Below, one piece after another: positions 1 through 11,735 of a stretch of 37,064 bases of DNA. A model generated the notes under the pieces. The model made no database searches. It had not been told where the DNA came from and worked only from the letters and a program-made list of their open reading frames with translations. The DNA comes from Vicugna vicugna. Lineage: Eukaryota. Position 1 is the stretch's first letter. Each line of letters starts with the position of its first letter. The translations under genes were made by a program, and so were the position numbers. The stretch is taken from positions 331,260 through 368,323 of the forward strand of contig MU057847.1 of NCBI GenBank assembly GCA_013265495.1, in the 5' to 3' direction.

Positions 1-1140
1 CTGGGGTTTGTCTGATGGTTCATCGTGGCTCAATTTAGGTTATTTGTCTCGGCAAGAAGACTACAGATGAGGTGTCGTGTCCTTCACAGGGCATCCTATC
101 AAGAGGCACAAGATATCAGCTGGTTCCATAACTACTGATCTTAACTCTGATCATCTGGTTAAGATGGTATCTGCCAGGTTCCTTTCAATGAAGTTACTAT
201 TTTGCCCTTTGTAATGAATAAGCATCTTGTGGGGAGATACTTTGAGACTATAAACATGTATACTGTTTCTCATTATACTTTTGTCCATTAATTTTAGCAT
301 CCATTGATGATTCTTGCCTGAAACAGTTATTGCTCTTTGGTGCCTGCCAAAAACATTTCTATTTCCATTATTCTTTCTACATTTATTAATTGGAATATTA
401 CCCTAAACAAGTGCTTTCCCTTCACCCTCATGTATTTATTCAGTTATTTCTGTGTCTTAGTATGGACTCATGGATTCTTATCTTATTCTGTGGGTTACAA
501 TCCATACTATCATTATTTTGTTGCTTAAATTGTCACAGATTTCACCATTGGGAACCCCTTCTAATTGACTCCTGCATACTTTTACCATGTCCCCATTATT
601 CCACGGGCACTTTCTTACTTTCTGGCAGAGGAAGACTTACCTCCAACCTCATCTTATAGTCCCCCTGCCCTAGCCTTAGAAGCAGCCATTTCGCCAAGTG
701 TCCTGGTTCCTTCTATTTGGAGAATGATATTTTAAAACTAAGATCTGAGTGCTAGGTGTGCTCACTGGTTTGGGGCTGTCATTGCTTGTACACCTTCTCA
801 ACAGAGCTAGGAAACAAGTATAAATACAAACAACCATATAGCTATTTCTATATCTGTATCTACCTCTGTGTGAGTGTCTGGATTGTGGGGGTGTGTATGT
901 GTGCACATAAAACAATGTGTTCGTACTGATACCTCTGATCACCACCAGTCATGTCTTTCCCTATGTGTAACTCCCTCCTCAGACAGACTAAAATCTGACT
1001 CTCATCATTCACAATATATTTACTTATTTTCTTGAGAGTAGAATATGTGTAGATCCAGGTTGCCAACCTACACTTCTGTGAAAAACAAGCCTACTAACTA
1101 TAGTATTTATGTATACGTTGTTAGTTTTTTTGTCTTTAGT
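1..1140 (-). mobile_element. Old L1M (L1MC/MD-like) 3'UTR fragments
   Basis: Typical antisense text such as ggttaagatggtatctgccaggtt and gtggggagatactttgagact. Confidence 0.6.
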
Positions 1141-1177
1141 CTTAGAACAGTAGTTCTCAAAGTGTGGCCCCTTTCAA

Positions 1178-1595
1178 AGGTCAAAAGTCCAAGATGGGTC
1201 TCACAGGGCTAAAGTCAGGGTGTCGTCACAGGTATGTTCTTTCTAATGGCTTTAGGGGAGAATATAGACCCTTGTCTTTTCCAGCCTCTAAGTCCTCCCT
1301 ACACTCGCCGGCTTTGGGCCTGGTATTCCGTCTTCTGGTCAGCAGCACAGCATCTTCAAATAACTCTCCGACTATGACCGCTGCTCCCATCATCATATCT
1401 CCTTCTTCTGACTCTGGCCCTCTGCCTTCCTCTTACAAGGACCCTTGTCATGATATTGAACCCACCAGTATAAGCTCCTCATGCCACAACCTTTAACTTA
1501 ATCACATCTGCAACGTCCCTTTTGTCATGGAAAGTAACATACTCGCAGGCTCTGGGGATTCGTACATAAACATCTTTGGGGCTGTTATTCTACCA
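1178..1595 (-). mobile_element. MaLR LTR (MLT1-type), partial
   Basis: gggctaaagtcagggtgtc...ttaacttaatcacatctgcaa...gtaacatactcgcaggctctggggatt. Confidence 0.7.
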
Positions 1596-1649
1596 GTTTT
1601 TTTTTAAGTTTTTAAAAATACAGAGTGACAAATGATATAACTCTCTTTC

Positions 1650-2135
1650 TCAAAATCACTACATTGCTTCCCTCTACTCTTAGAATGAATCCAGTCTCTT
1701 CACCCTTCTAGCCACCTTTGCCTCCTTCCATTCCCTGAACGTGCCAGATCCTTTGTGATTCCAAGGCCTTGGCATTTACTATTCCCTCTGCCTAGAATAT
1801 TCCTTCTGCAGCTCTTCTCATGGTTGGTTCATTCTTTCTAGTCTCATCTCAGATGTCACCTCTTTAAAGAAGCTATCCCTGAGCACCAGATATGTAGCAA
1901 CTTGTCTTAATTACTCTAATTTAGTTTATTTAGTTTATTTATTTTCTTTATCATTAATCACAGTCTGTAATACATTTTTATGTATCAGTTTATTTGTCTA
2001 TTGATCCATCTTTCCTACTACAATATAATATCCAGGAGGGTGAAGACTGTGTATATTCTGCTCTATCTCTAATATCTAACACAGTATCGGGTATACAGTA
2101 GGTACTCAATAAGTGTTCACATAGTAAATGAATGC
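1650..2135 (+). mobile_element. L2 3' fragment
   Basis: ccttggcatttactattccctctgcctagaat...cagtaggtactcaataagtg...aatgaatg terminus. Confidence 0.65.
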
Positions 2136-2248
2136 TGCTCCAGTCTGGGTAGGCAATATAGGATAAGTGTGTTGCTGGTAAAACCCCTCATTACTTCAGG
2201 TACTACTGATGTAGACTTTCACAATTCCCAAAACAGCTGAAACAATGT

Positions 2249-2630
2249 CATTCATTCATTCATTCAACCCTAGGAGGTAGATACTATTATTATTACTATC
2301 ATCCCCATTTACTGGCAAGAAAACTGAGGTTCAGAGAAGTAGCATGACCAAGGATACACAGCTGGTAAGCTGCTATAAGCTAGGCATTATGCTAGGCTCA
2401 GGGGCTACACCAGGGAACAAGTAAACATGGTCCTGGCCCTCTCCAGTGGAGAGCCAGAAATGAATACAGGATCACAGGACAGTGTGCTCAATGTTATGAC
2501 AAAGGACTGCTGAGGGTGCTTCAGGAGCACTGGCACAGGACAGTGAAATCAGGGTGAGGAGTGAGAGGAGGCTTCTGGGAGGAGGAGGCACTTGAACTAA
2601 ATTTGAAGCATAAGTAGATCTTAGCTAGAT
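2249..2630 (-). mobile_element. Antisense L2 fragment interrupted by a MIR (~2265-2370)
   Basis: (cattcatt)n start, MIR core ccccatttt...aaactgaggttcagaga, then L2 text ctaggcattatgctagg...catggtcctggccctc. Confidence 0.6.
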
Positions 2631-2746
2631 GAATGCAACCAACCAGCTAGCTATTGATAGGGCTCACAGGCTATCCTCTACCTTGATGAATTTTCTGTTT
2701 TTCTGTAGTCTGACCTTCACCTCAGCTTTGCATGATAAGAAATCCA

Positions 2747-2896
2747 GGGGCGAAGGTATAGCTGGGGCGAGGGTACAGCTGGGGGGAGGGTATAGTTCTA
2801 GTGGTAGAGTACATGCTTATCATGCACAAGGTCCTGGGTTCAATCCTTAGTACGTCCATAATAAATAAATAATTTTAAGGGTGTATATTGAATAAA
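2747..2896 (+). mobile_element. tRNA-derived SINE (camelid vic-1-like) with a triplicated 5' end
   Basis: A-box-like tagtggtagag, B-box ggttcaatcc, A-rich tail, and TSD aagaaatcca (2737-2746) / aaaaaatcca (2897-2906). Confidence 0.8.
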
Positions 2897-2911
2897 AAAA
2901 AATCCAATCTT

Positions 2912-4143
2912 CAGGGAGGTGACCAAGATGGTGGAGTAGGAAGACCCTGAACTCACCTCCTCCCACAGACACCAAAATTACAACTACTTACAGAGCAACT
3001 ATTTATAAGAACAATCTAAAGATTAGCAGAAAAGATTTTCCACAATTAAAGACAACTTTTTTTGGATCTGTCTCCAGAGGAGAGGGAAACAAAAGCAAAA
3101 ATAAACAAATGGGACTATATCAAACTCAAAAGATTTTGTGCACAGCAAAGGAAACTATCAACAAAATGAAAAGGCCACCTACTGAATGGGAGGAGATAAT
3201 CTGCAAATGATACATCTGATAAGCAGTTAATATCCCAAATATACAAAGATCTCATACAACTCAAAAAAAAAACCTGATTAAAAAAATAAACAGAGGATCT
3301 GAATAGACATTTTCCCAAAGAAGACACACAGATGGCCTAGAGGCACACAAAAAGATGCGTAACATCACTAATCATCAGGGAAATGCAAATAAAACCACAA
3401 TGAAATACCACCTCACACCTGTCAGGATGGCTATCATCAAAAAGACAACAAATAACAAGTGTTGTCGAAGATGTGGAGAAAAGGGAACCTTCTTACACTG
3501 TTGGGTAGAACTGTAAATTGGTGCAGCTACTATGGAAAATAGTGTGGAGGTTCCTAAAAAATTAAAACTAGACCTACCATTTGATCCAGCAATTTCACTT
3601 CTGAGTATTTATATGAAGAAAACAAACAAAAACACTAATTCAAAAAGATATATTCACACCAATGCTCATTGCAGCATTATTCATAATAGCCAAGATATGG
3701 AAGCAACCTAAGTGTCTATTAATTTGCAACTACATGGATGGATCTAGAGGGTATTATGCTAAGTGAAGTAAGTCGGACAGAGAAGACAAATACTGTATGA
3801 CCTCACTTTTATGTAGAATCTAAAAAATAAAACAAAAGAAAAACAGACTCATAGATACAGAAAACAAACTGGTAGTCACCAGAGGGGAGGAGAGTGGTGG
3901 GGGCGAAATAGATGAAAGGAATTAAGAAGTATAACCTCCAGTTATAAAGTAAATTAGTCACAGGAATTAATACACAGCATAAGGAATATGGTCAATAATA
4001 TTGTAACAATTTTGTGTGGGGACAGATGGCTACTAGACTTACCATGGTGATCATTTCACAATGTATGCAAATGTCAAATCACTATGTAGTACATCTGATA
4101 CTAACATAGTATTGTACATCAACTATATTTCAATTAAAAAAAG
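2912..4143 (+). mobile_element. L1 with both termini and a large internal deletion
   Basis: 5'UTR start gggaggtgaccaagatggtggagtaggaagac joined at about 3052 to ORF2 3' sequence (aaatgggactatatcaaact), followed by 3'UTR and A-tail. TSD aaatccaatctt / aaatacaatctt. Confidence 0.8.
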
Positions 4144-4325
4144 AGAAATACAATCTTGTAAGCAACCTAGAGTCATCTGGAATTGGGAACAATGACACAT
4201 GCTCATAAAGCTCAGGAGAGAATGAACTTCATAAATTAGAATATCAATTTGTTAATTTAACTGTAAAGTGGGCACACTCTCCCCACAGGCTTGCCTACTG
4301 AGATGGTTTTCTGATGAGCCTGGAA

Positions 4326-4531
4326 CAGAAGTCCATAACTTTTTCTTTTTAAAGGGCTAGATAGTAAATATATTTAATTTTGTGGGTCACATACCCACAT
4401 CTGTCACAACTACTCAACTCTGCCATTGCGGGGCAAAAGCACTGATAGACAATATGTAAACAAATGAGTGTGGCCATGTTCCAATTAAGACTTTATTTAC
4501 AAAAATAGATGTCAGGGTTTATGGACCTCTG
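4326..4531 (+). mobile_element. hAT-Charlie DNA transposon, MER58A-like
   Basis: aagggctagatagtaaatat...caactactcaactctgccattg...actttatttacaaaaa, CAG..CTG ends, and a degenerate 8-bp TSD gcctggaa/gcccagaa. Confidence 0.75.
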
Positions 4532-5469
4532 GCCCAGAATAAGAATGAGCAGTAGTTACATGATTCAAATGCTTGATCACATCAGGCTTTGGTTCTCTCC
4601 TGAATGGTGCTTAGATGGGCACTGACAATGTTTGCCTCTCTTAGCCCTTCTTTTTTAATGCCAGCCACCCTACAAAATCCCACCCCATTCTAAAGACTTG
4701 GGTATGAGAAAGCTCAACTTACCAGCAGAACTCCAAGGGAAATGCCAGCAGCCTCGGTTTACATTCTGCAGCTATTTTGCAGAAAAAGCCTTGATCCCTT
4801 TGTTATCTGAAGGGGGAAGAGCACCCTCGATTTTACTTGTGTTCCCCCAGAAAAAAAGTGACCAATTTGGCTATGTTAATACTTACAAGAGGTGCTAGCA
4901 TGTAAGCTCCAAGAAGAGAGATTATTTTTCTTAATTAGAAGGAATCTTTTATTTTTACCAAAGCCATGTATGTTCATTTATGATAGAAAATGAGAAAACA
5001 AAAATAATGGAAACATTATGTTTCCACCACCCAGAAATTACCACTGTTAACAGCTTAATATATATCCTTGCAGATTTTTTTCTAAGCATATATAACAGAT
5101 ACATGTACTGTCTACCAAAATGAGATAATCCACGTACATACTGCTTTGCAACTGCTTTTTCTCAGTTAATGACCTCCACTATTCCATGTTATTAAGGTTT
5201 TATCTCATCTAAAACCCATCCATATTCAAATTTACCTACTTCCCCACCCTCAAATGTCCTATAAAGCTAGTTAGTTCAAATCAAGCTCCAATCTCAGACC
5301 ACACATTGCATCTTAAGTCTCTTTTCATTTAGAATAACATCCATTTTGAGAACAGGAATTTTGTTTCCTGCAGAATCCCCAATGCCTTTAACAGTTCTTG
5401 GCACACTCAATAAATATTTGCATAATTAAGTAATTAATAACAAAAACTTAGGGGATGGGAGGCTTTCAC

Positions 5470-5585
5470 TCTAGAGCTTATCTCAACCGCTCATGATCTT
5501 TTATCTCCATTTTATAGATAATGAAAATCAAGGCCAAAGAAGTAAAGTGACTTCCCAAGGTCACCCAGCAAGTAGGTGGCAACTG
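5470..5585 (-). mobile_element. MIR fragment
   Basis: ctccattttatagataatgaaaatcaaggcc...aagtgacttcccaaggtcac. Confidence 0.6.
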
Positions 5586-5613
5586 CTTTCCATTTCTGTT
5601 TATTCTTTTAAAC

Positions 5614-5825
5614 CAGGAGTTGGTAAACTTTTTCTGTGAAGGTCAGATGGTAGATATTTGAGGCTCTATGAGCCAAGAAGCAAAATGGAGGCTATTATGT
5701 AGATACTTATATAACAACAGAAAAAAACAAATTTCCATAAAATTTTAATTGATGAAATCCAAAATATAATAATAATTGACTACACGGTTTTGTAATACAG
5801 GTCTACTAATGAAAAAATGGAATCG
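5614..5825 (+). mobile_element. hAT-Charlie (MER58-type) fragment
   Basis: caggagttggtaaactttttctgtgaaggtcagatggtagatattt left end. Confidence 0.6.
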
Positions 5826-6229
5826 AAAAATAACATCTTGTTGAATCTTATTTGAAACGTTGTGTTCCCTAGTTGCATTCTGACCATGGCTTTCACAATT
5901 AATTATGTGTTAACATTTAATGGGGATGTTAGAAATCATGCGAGTGGGAATGGTGATTGTTTGGCCTATGTCAGGGCTGATAATTTTTCTTTCTCAAATA
6001 AAAATATACTATGCTATTTAAAGATATAGAGGTAAATATCCAAAGACTTAAAAGAATAGAAAGTGATTGCTTTGGCAGGAGCAGGGAAAGGGGAGGAAAT
6101 TGGGGCTCCTTTTTTCTTTAAGAGCAAACCTTGTAGAAGTATTGGACTTTTTAAAACTGTGTACATGTATAATTTTGATAAAAATACACAAAAGAAAACC
6201 AGAGCCACATTAAAGCCCCTTTAGTATTT

Positions 6230-6410
6230 TCTCCATCCTCCCCCCAGCCTAGGTTAGGTGTCCCTCTTCTCTGCTCCCCATAGCATTCCGTGCTCAACTC
6301 CATCAGAGCACTTAAGACACTTTGCTGTAATTATCTGTCTCTCTGCCTGTCTCCCTGAAGGGACTATGAGCTCTTTGCAAGGAGGGACCATGTATTATTC
6401 ATTTCAGCTC
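6230..6410 (+). mobile_element. L2 fragment
   Basis: gtccctcttctctgctcccatagca...gactatgagctctttgcaaggagggaccatgt. Confidence 0.55.
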
Positions 6411-6479
6411 CTAGATTAGAATATTTTAAAAGGCATTCATTAAAGTGAAGTGAAACTAGCTAAACCAAATACCACTCAG

Positions 6480-7315
6480 TCTAGGCAAATTAACATCACA
6501 ATGAGATACCAAACGAAAAGACAGACAAAACAAGTGTTGGTGAGGTGTGGACAAAGTGGAACCTTCATACGTTTACTGATGGGAATATTAAATGGTGCAG
6601 CCACTTTAAAAAACAGTCTGGAAGTTCTTAAAAGAAGTTAAATATGCAGTTACCATATGACACATAAATTCCACTCCTACACTAGGAAACAAGTGAACAT
6701 GGTCCTTGCCCTCTCTAGCAGAGAGACAGAGAATGAATCCAAGCTTACGGGGTAGTGTATTAAGTGTTATTACAGAGGTCTCTTCAGGGTGTTACAGCAG
6801 CACATGTGCAGGGCAGTAAAATCAAGACAACTGAAAACGTATACCCTCACAAATGTTCACACAAGGCTTACTCATAATAACCAAAAAGTAGAAACAACTC
6901 AAATGTCCATCAACCAATAAATGGATAAACAAATGTGGAATATCCATACAACGGAATATTACTTAGCTATTAAAAGGAAGAAACATCAGATACAAGCTGC
7001 CACATGGATGAACCTGGAAAACATGCTAAGTGAAAGAAACCATTCACAAAAGACCACATATTGTATGATTCCATTTACATGAACTTTCCAGAAAAAGCAA
7101 CTACAGAGACAGAAGGTAGATAAGTGGTTGCTTAGGGATAGAGGTGGGAGGAGAGATTAACTGCAGTCTTATAGGAACTTTGCGGGGGTGATAAAAATGC
7201 TCTAAAACTGGATTGTGGCATGGTTGCACAACTCTGTAAATTTACTAAAAATAAATGTGCACTTAAAATGAGTGAAGTTAATTGTATACAATCTATAAAG
7301 CTCATTTTTAAAAAA
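6480..7315 (+). mobile_element. L1M (L1MB-like) ORF2 end and 3'UTR carrying a ~150 bp foreign insert
   Basis: cacaatgagatacca...aaatgtccatcaaccaataaatggataaac...catggatgaacctggaaaacatgctaagtgaaagaa, ending in an A-tail. Confidence 0.75.
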
Positions 7316-7889
7316 AATCCCTCAATCTATTGTATTATTTAGTTTCTCTCTACATTAACTTTTTTCCTCCAGGACAAGATATGGTATGAATTGTGGTGAA
7401 TGAAGTTTCTGAGGCATTTTTGTTGGTTGGGGCTTGGGGTTGTGCTGACAGAAACATCAAAGTCAGCTTATCTGTGAAAATTGTGTGACGAAGTGTACAA
7501 CGGGTTTCCAGTTGGGTGATCCCAATGTGTAATTTGGATAATTCATGGCCTTCCAGTTTAAGTGTGAGTGTGCCTAAGGCCCCTACTCCAAGCAATAAAC
7601 TGTAGTCAGGTAATAAATTCACTTCTCGCAACTCTCAAATGCTGTTCACAACCAAGTGAATTGTTCTATTACAGCATATCTGTGAAAATGTTTTTTTAAA
7701 AAAAAAATTTCCCTTTTGGCAATTTGGTCAGTGCTTACTGGACAAGGATGCCCTGCCAAAACAGCCGAAAGATACAAACTCCATCTCCTAGGCCTGCCCC
7801 CTGGGGTACTCCAGACGAAAGCACACCTCTCCAAGGGCGGTGGGGAGATGCAAGAGGATGCTAGGGGAAAGGCTGGGACCAAGTCCCTC

Positions 7890-8450
7890 CTTTGTGTTGC
7901 GGGACGGGCAAAAACTGCCACAACGTCAGAGTGAGGGGTCTCCTTCTTGGGCCTCCTGGTTCCTGGGAAACTCACGCGGCTGCTTTTCAGGGTCGCCAGC
8001 AGGTTAGATAAGTGCGCCCGGACTTAAGTCGCTTTCGCCGCTGCAGTCCCACCGTGTGGCCCACGCAGAGCGAAAGGAGAAGGCGGTGGTGGGAGGAAAC
8101 CAGTCTGTGCAGGCTCGCAGCGGTCCCGGGCTCCACGCCGCGGAACCCCACGTTCCTGCGCGCGGCTCCCGGATCATTTGGCCTCCGCCCCTTTCCACAC
8201 CCGTGAGCGCGTCGTAGCTCCCCTGGTAACCGGAAGCGGGCAAAGCCGGCGCGGCGGGAACCAGCCGGCCGGAGCATGCGCGGACAAGCGGTCCGACGAC
8301 TTCCGGTCCGTGGGGCAGCCCAGGCCGAGGTGGAGGCTTCTGCAGCCGAAATGCCCGTGTTGCTGGCCCTGGGGCGATGCGGTGATGGCAAGGGTTGCTG
8401 ACCCAGACCCGGGAGGAGGCCTCCAGCCCCTCCTTCCTTCTCCCCAAAGG
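7890..8450. promoter_or_regulatory. Orphan CpG-island promoter (probable lncRNA TSS)
   Basis: CpG-dense segment with ETS motifs CCGGAAG (8230-8236) and ACTTCCGGT (8299-8307), NRF1-like GCATGCGC (8274-8281) and a minus-strand donor cgc|GTGAGT (7970-7975). Confidence 0.75.
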
Positions 8451-8614
8451 AGAATGACCCTAAAGAGGACAGAATGGCCAAATAATTTTCTTGAACCTAC
8501 ATCCTAGGTCCCTTCTGCAAAAACTGAACAGAATAAGGCAATTTTGTTGAAAATGTTTTTTCTTCACGTTCTGGCAAAATGCATTTGTAGCTGATGAACG
8601 TGAGGTAATTATTA

Positions 8615-8725
8615 CTTCCGTGAGCCTCAGTTTCCTCCTCTTATAAAATAGGGATAATAATAGTGCCTGCTTCGCAAGATGTTTTTGAGGATTGAATAAA
8701 AATTCACCTAAAGGGTTTAGCAGGC
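8615..8725 (+). mobile_element. MIR fragment
   Basis: gagcctcagtttcctcctcttataaaatagggataataatagt. Confidence 0.65.
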
Positions 8726-8882
8726 TGGTTAAAGCTAGCTATTTTTGTTTCTCAAGGCTTAATAAAAACTTAGGAAGAGTAGATGTCATCTTTCCTTGGG
8801 ACTCAGGTAAATGAAAGGATTTTGACACCACAAAATAAATGCATACCTAAGGTGAATTATTCAGAAAAAAATGTTTTATATA

Positions 8883-9386
8883 TGAGAACTGAAACAGTCC
8901 ATCCCCATACTCAGCCTGGACACTGAGAAACAAAACCATGCCATACTGTCCACGTAAGTATGACTTTGCTAGTCCACCATCCTCATTGGCATTACTTTTC
9001 CAGGACTCCTCTGTCCAAGCAAATAGTTTTTTTCATTACAGAAACATCGCCAAAGAGCCATCAACTCTCCAATGGAGAGCATCAACAGTTTGCACTCAGA
9101 AATTCTTTAAGTCCTTCTCCTTAAAATCCTCCCCTTGCTGACTCCACCAATCCTAGACTATATGTATCATGATCCTTACCAAGTCCTAATCAAGTCCCAA
9201 AGTTGAAAGACCCTCTGCCTTAAACCAGACTTACATTTCTCAATAAATTCTGATCCTTCCTTCCTCTCAGAGAAACACTGGCAAAACTTTATGAGGTGGG
9301 ATTCTCCCTTATTGAAGTAAGCAATAAATTCAGCTTTGTCATATCAACAGGTGTGTTGGTGATATTCGGGGAGTCAGCACTTGACA
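8883..9386 (+). mobile_element. ERV1-class LTR (MER67-like)
   Basis: TG...CA termini about 500 bp apart. AATAAA is followed by cagctttgtcatatcaacaggtgtgttggtgatattcggggagtcagcacttgaca. Confidence 0.6.
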
Positions 9387-9860
9387 GTTTTGAAGTCCCC
9401 ACTGACCTCCAGTGGCGCTGAGATCTCACCACCACAACCTTCAAGTTGGAAGCAGTATGCTCCTCTAAGGCCTCTTAGACCTCCTGTTTGGGGCTCTCTG
9501 ACAACAATGGTAAGGTATGTACCTTTCACATTGGTTGGTGCTCTGATCCCTTTGATCTCCCTTTGATCTTGCTGAGGATACTAGTCCTACAGCCTACACA
9601 TTACCCCCTGTGAGAAGCTATTCCTGACACCCTGGATTATAGGGCCCCCCTCTGTGTTCTAACTGTCCCCTGGCGCATGCCTGCTGTGGCTCTCACGACT
9701 CTTGTTTTATTCCCAATGAGCTACTGCAGTTAATAGTAAGCCTAGTGGGGCAGAGGGTCCCTGCATTGTAATTGTGAGGCCAGCCTATGATGTGGCTGGG
9801 GCCTGGGTGATTTTATAATAATGTCTTCCTCTCCGCGGCCACTGTGCCTGCCATCCTTTA
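9387..9860 (+). mobile_element. Probable ERV internal (leader) fragment adjoining the LTR
   Basis: Contiguous with the LTR 3' end and contains the donor-like atg|gtaaggtatg. No coding remnant recognised, and the right boundary is uncertain. Confidence 0.4.
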
Positions 9861-10995
9861 GCTAAGCTTCAGTTCTCCTTTCATTCATATCTTCTCATAG
9901 TGTGCTCAAAAGAGTTTTATCATCTTCTTTGCCTAAGTCTTTCAGATGTTACATTAATGTCCCACATTATTTTATTTTCAGAAATGTTTTCACTAGTGCT
10001 TTCCCTTTTTCTATGAAAATAATCACACTTTCTACAATTAATGATCATTATTTGTCAGCCAGTAACAGCAGTGTTTATTTCTTATAGGGTTTTTTCTTTT
10101 CTGGTATGTTTTATATTTGCTCAGGCTTTACTACTCCCTTACTCCTCTTTTTGCCAATCTTTACTTTCTGATTTTGAAATTATTACATTTATTAATAGAA
10201 AAAGAACAAAATTCACTCAATAAAGTAAATTGTACATGTATCTACACTCACGGAGTTAGGAAAATAGATTCCAAAGAAGTATGCCAAAATGTTCAGTTTA
10301 CCTATGGTCTATTTTTCTTTATGTATACTTCTATGGCTAGTAAATATTAACCATATAAAATCTTTCATATACTTTTGTGACTTTCTAAGTATTCTACTTT
10401 TATAACAACTCAAATTATTTAATGAGTGAAATAGTTTTACAAAATATTTTGGAAGACAGAAAGGAAAAAGTTTATCATGTCCTTTCTTGAGTTTCAGAAA
10501 TCAGTGATACTAAAGAGATTCTATTTTCAATTATGTTTCCCTGAGCTAAATTAGATCTTTGTCCATCCAGGATATTTAAAATCAACCTCCATCACATTCC
10601 CTCTGGTAAAATTTAAATTCTTTTACTTACAGACTTTCAAACAGCTTTAACCTGTGCCTGATGAGCAGGAAATTGATCAAATAATCATATCTGCCTGTTA
10701 CCCCTGCCCCAATAACTGATCTTCCACTGTGATACAGTTTTTCTCATTAATGTTAGTATTTTTACTTGAAATATATGATGGAAAGTTCACAGACTTTGGT
10801 GCCAGACTTACCATCTGTTTACTAGCACCTTAATTCTGTTGCTGTCTCTTACTGAGACCCATTTATCTCCTCTAAAGTGGGGTTGATAATTCTTATTATA
10901 TTATTGACATGTTCAATACATAGCAATTGAAAATAATACTCATTATTATCACTCTCTTTAGATCTTAGGTTATTTATTATTCACACAAGGCTTAT

Positions 10996-11735
10996 ATATT
11001 TTTTATTGAAGTATGGTTGATTTACAATATTGTGTTAGTTTCAAGTGCACAGGAAAGTGATTCTTATATATATATATTATTTTGCATTATGGGTTATTAC
11101 AAGATACTGGATATAGTTTTCTGTGTTATATAGTAAATCCTTGTTGCTTACCTATTTTGTGTATAGTAGTTTTTATATGTTAATTCCATACTCTTAATTT
11201 ATTCCCCCTCCCTTTCCCCTTTGGTAACCATAAGTTTGTTTTCTATGTCTGTGAGTCTCTATTTTGTAAATAAGCTCATTTGTATCATTTTTTTAATTCC
11301 ACATGTAAGTGATATCATATTTTTCTTTCTCTGTCTGACTTACTTCATTTAATATGATAATCTCTAGGTCCATCCATGTTGCTGTAAATGGCATCATTTC
11401 ATTCTTTTTTATGGCTGAGTAACAGTGCATTGTGTGTGTATGTATGTGTGTGTGTGTGTGTGTGTGTGTATGTATATATATATATACATGTGTATGTATA
11501 TATATATACACCACACCTTCCTTATCCAGTCATCTGTTGATGGACATTTAGGTTGTCTCCATGTCTTGGCTATTGTAAATAGTGCTACTGTGAACATTGG
11601 AGTGTGTATGTCTTTTCAAATTAGAGTTTTCTCTGGATATATGCCCAGGAGTGAGATTGTTGGACCATATTTTTTGCTCTATTTTTCGTTTTTTAAGGAA
11701 CCTCCATACTATTTTCCATAGTGTCTTCACCATAT
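10996..11735 (-). mobile_element. L1 3' end (Laurasiatherian type), antisense
   Basis: tttttattgaagtatggttgatttacaatattg...catccatgttgctgtaaatggca...gaacctccatactattttccatagtg. Confidence 0.85.
11431..11510. repeat. Compound (TG)n/(TA)n microsatellite within L1
   Basis: Read directly from the sequence. Confidence 0.95.

Noticed and set aside
3115..3327. Short ORFs with L1-like text (also 6450, 11293-11733, 26009-26397, 34386, 36613-37058)
   Set aside because: They are translations of L1 remnants, not host genes.
7987..8507. Overlapping 109-164 aa ORFs on both strands
   Set aside because: They are Arg/Pro/Gly/Ala-rich products of a stop-poor CpG island with no recognisable domain.
9403..9420. 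CTCF-like tgacctccagtggcgctg
   Set aside because: It is one base short in the core spacing and lies in ERV leader-like sequence.
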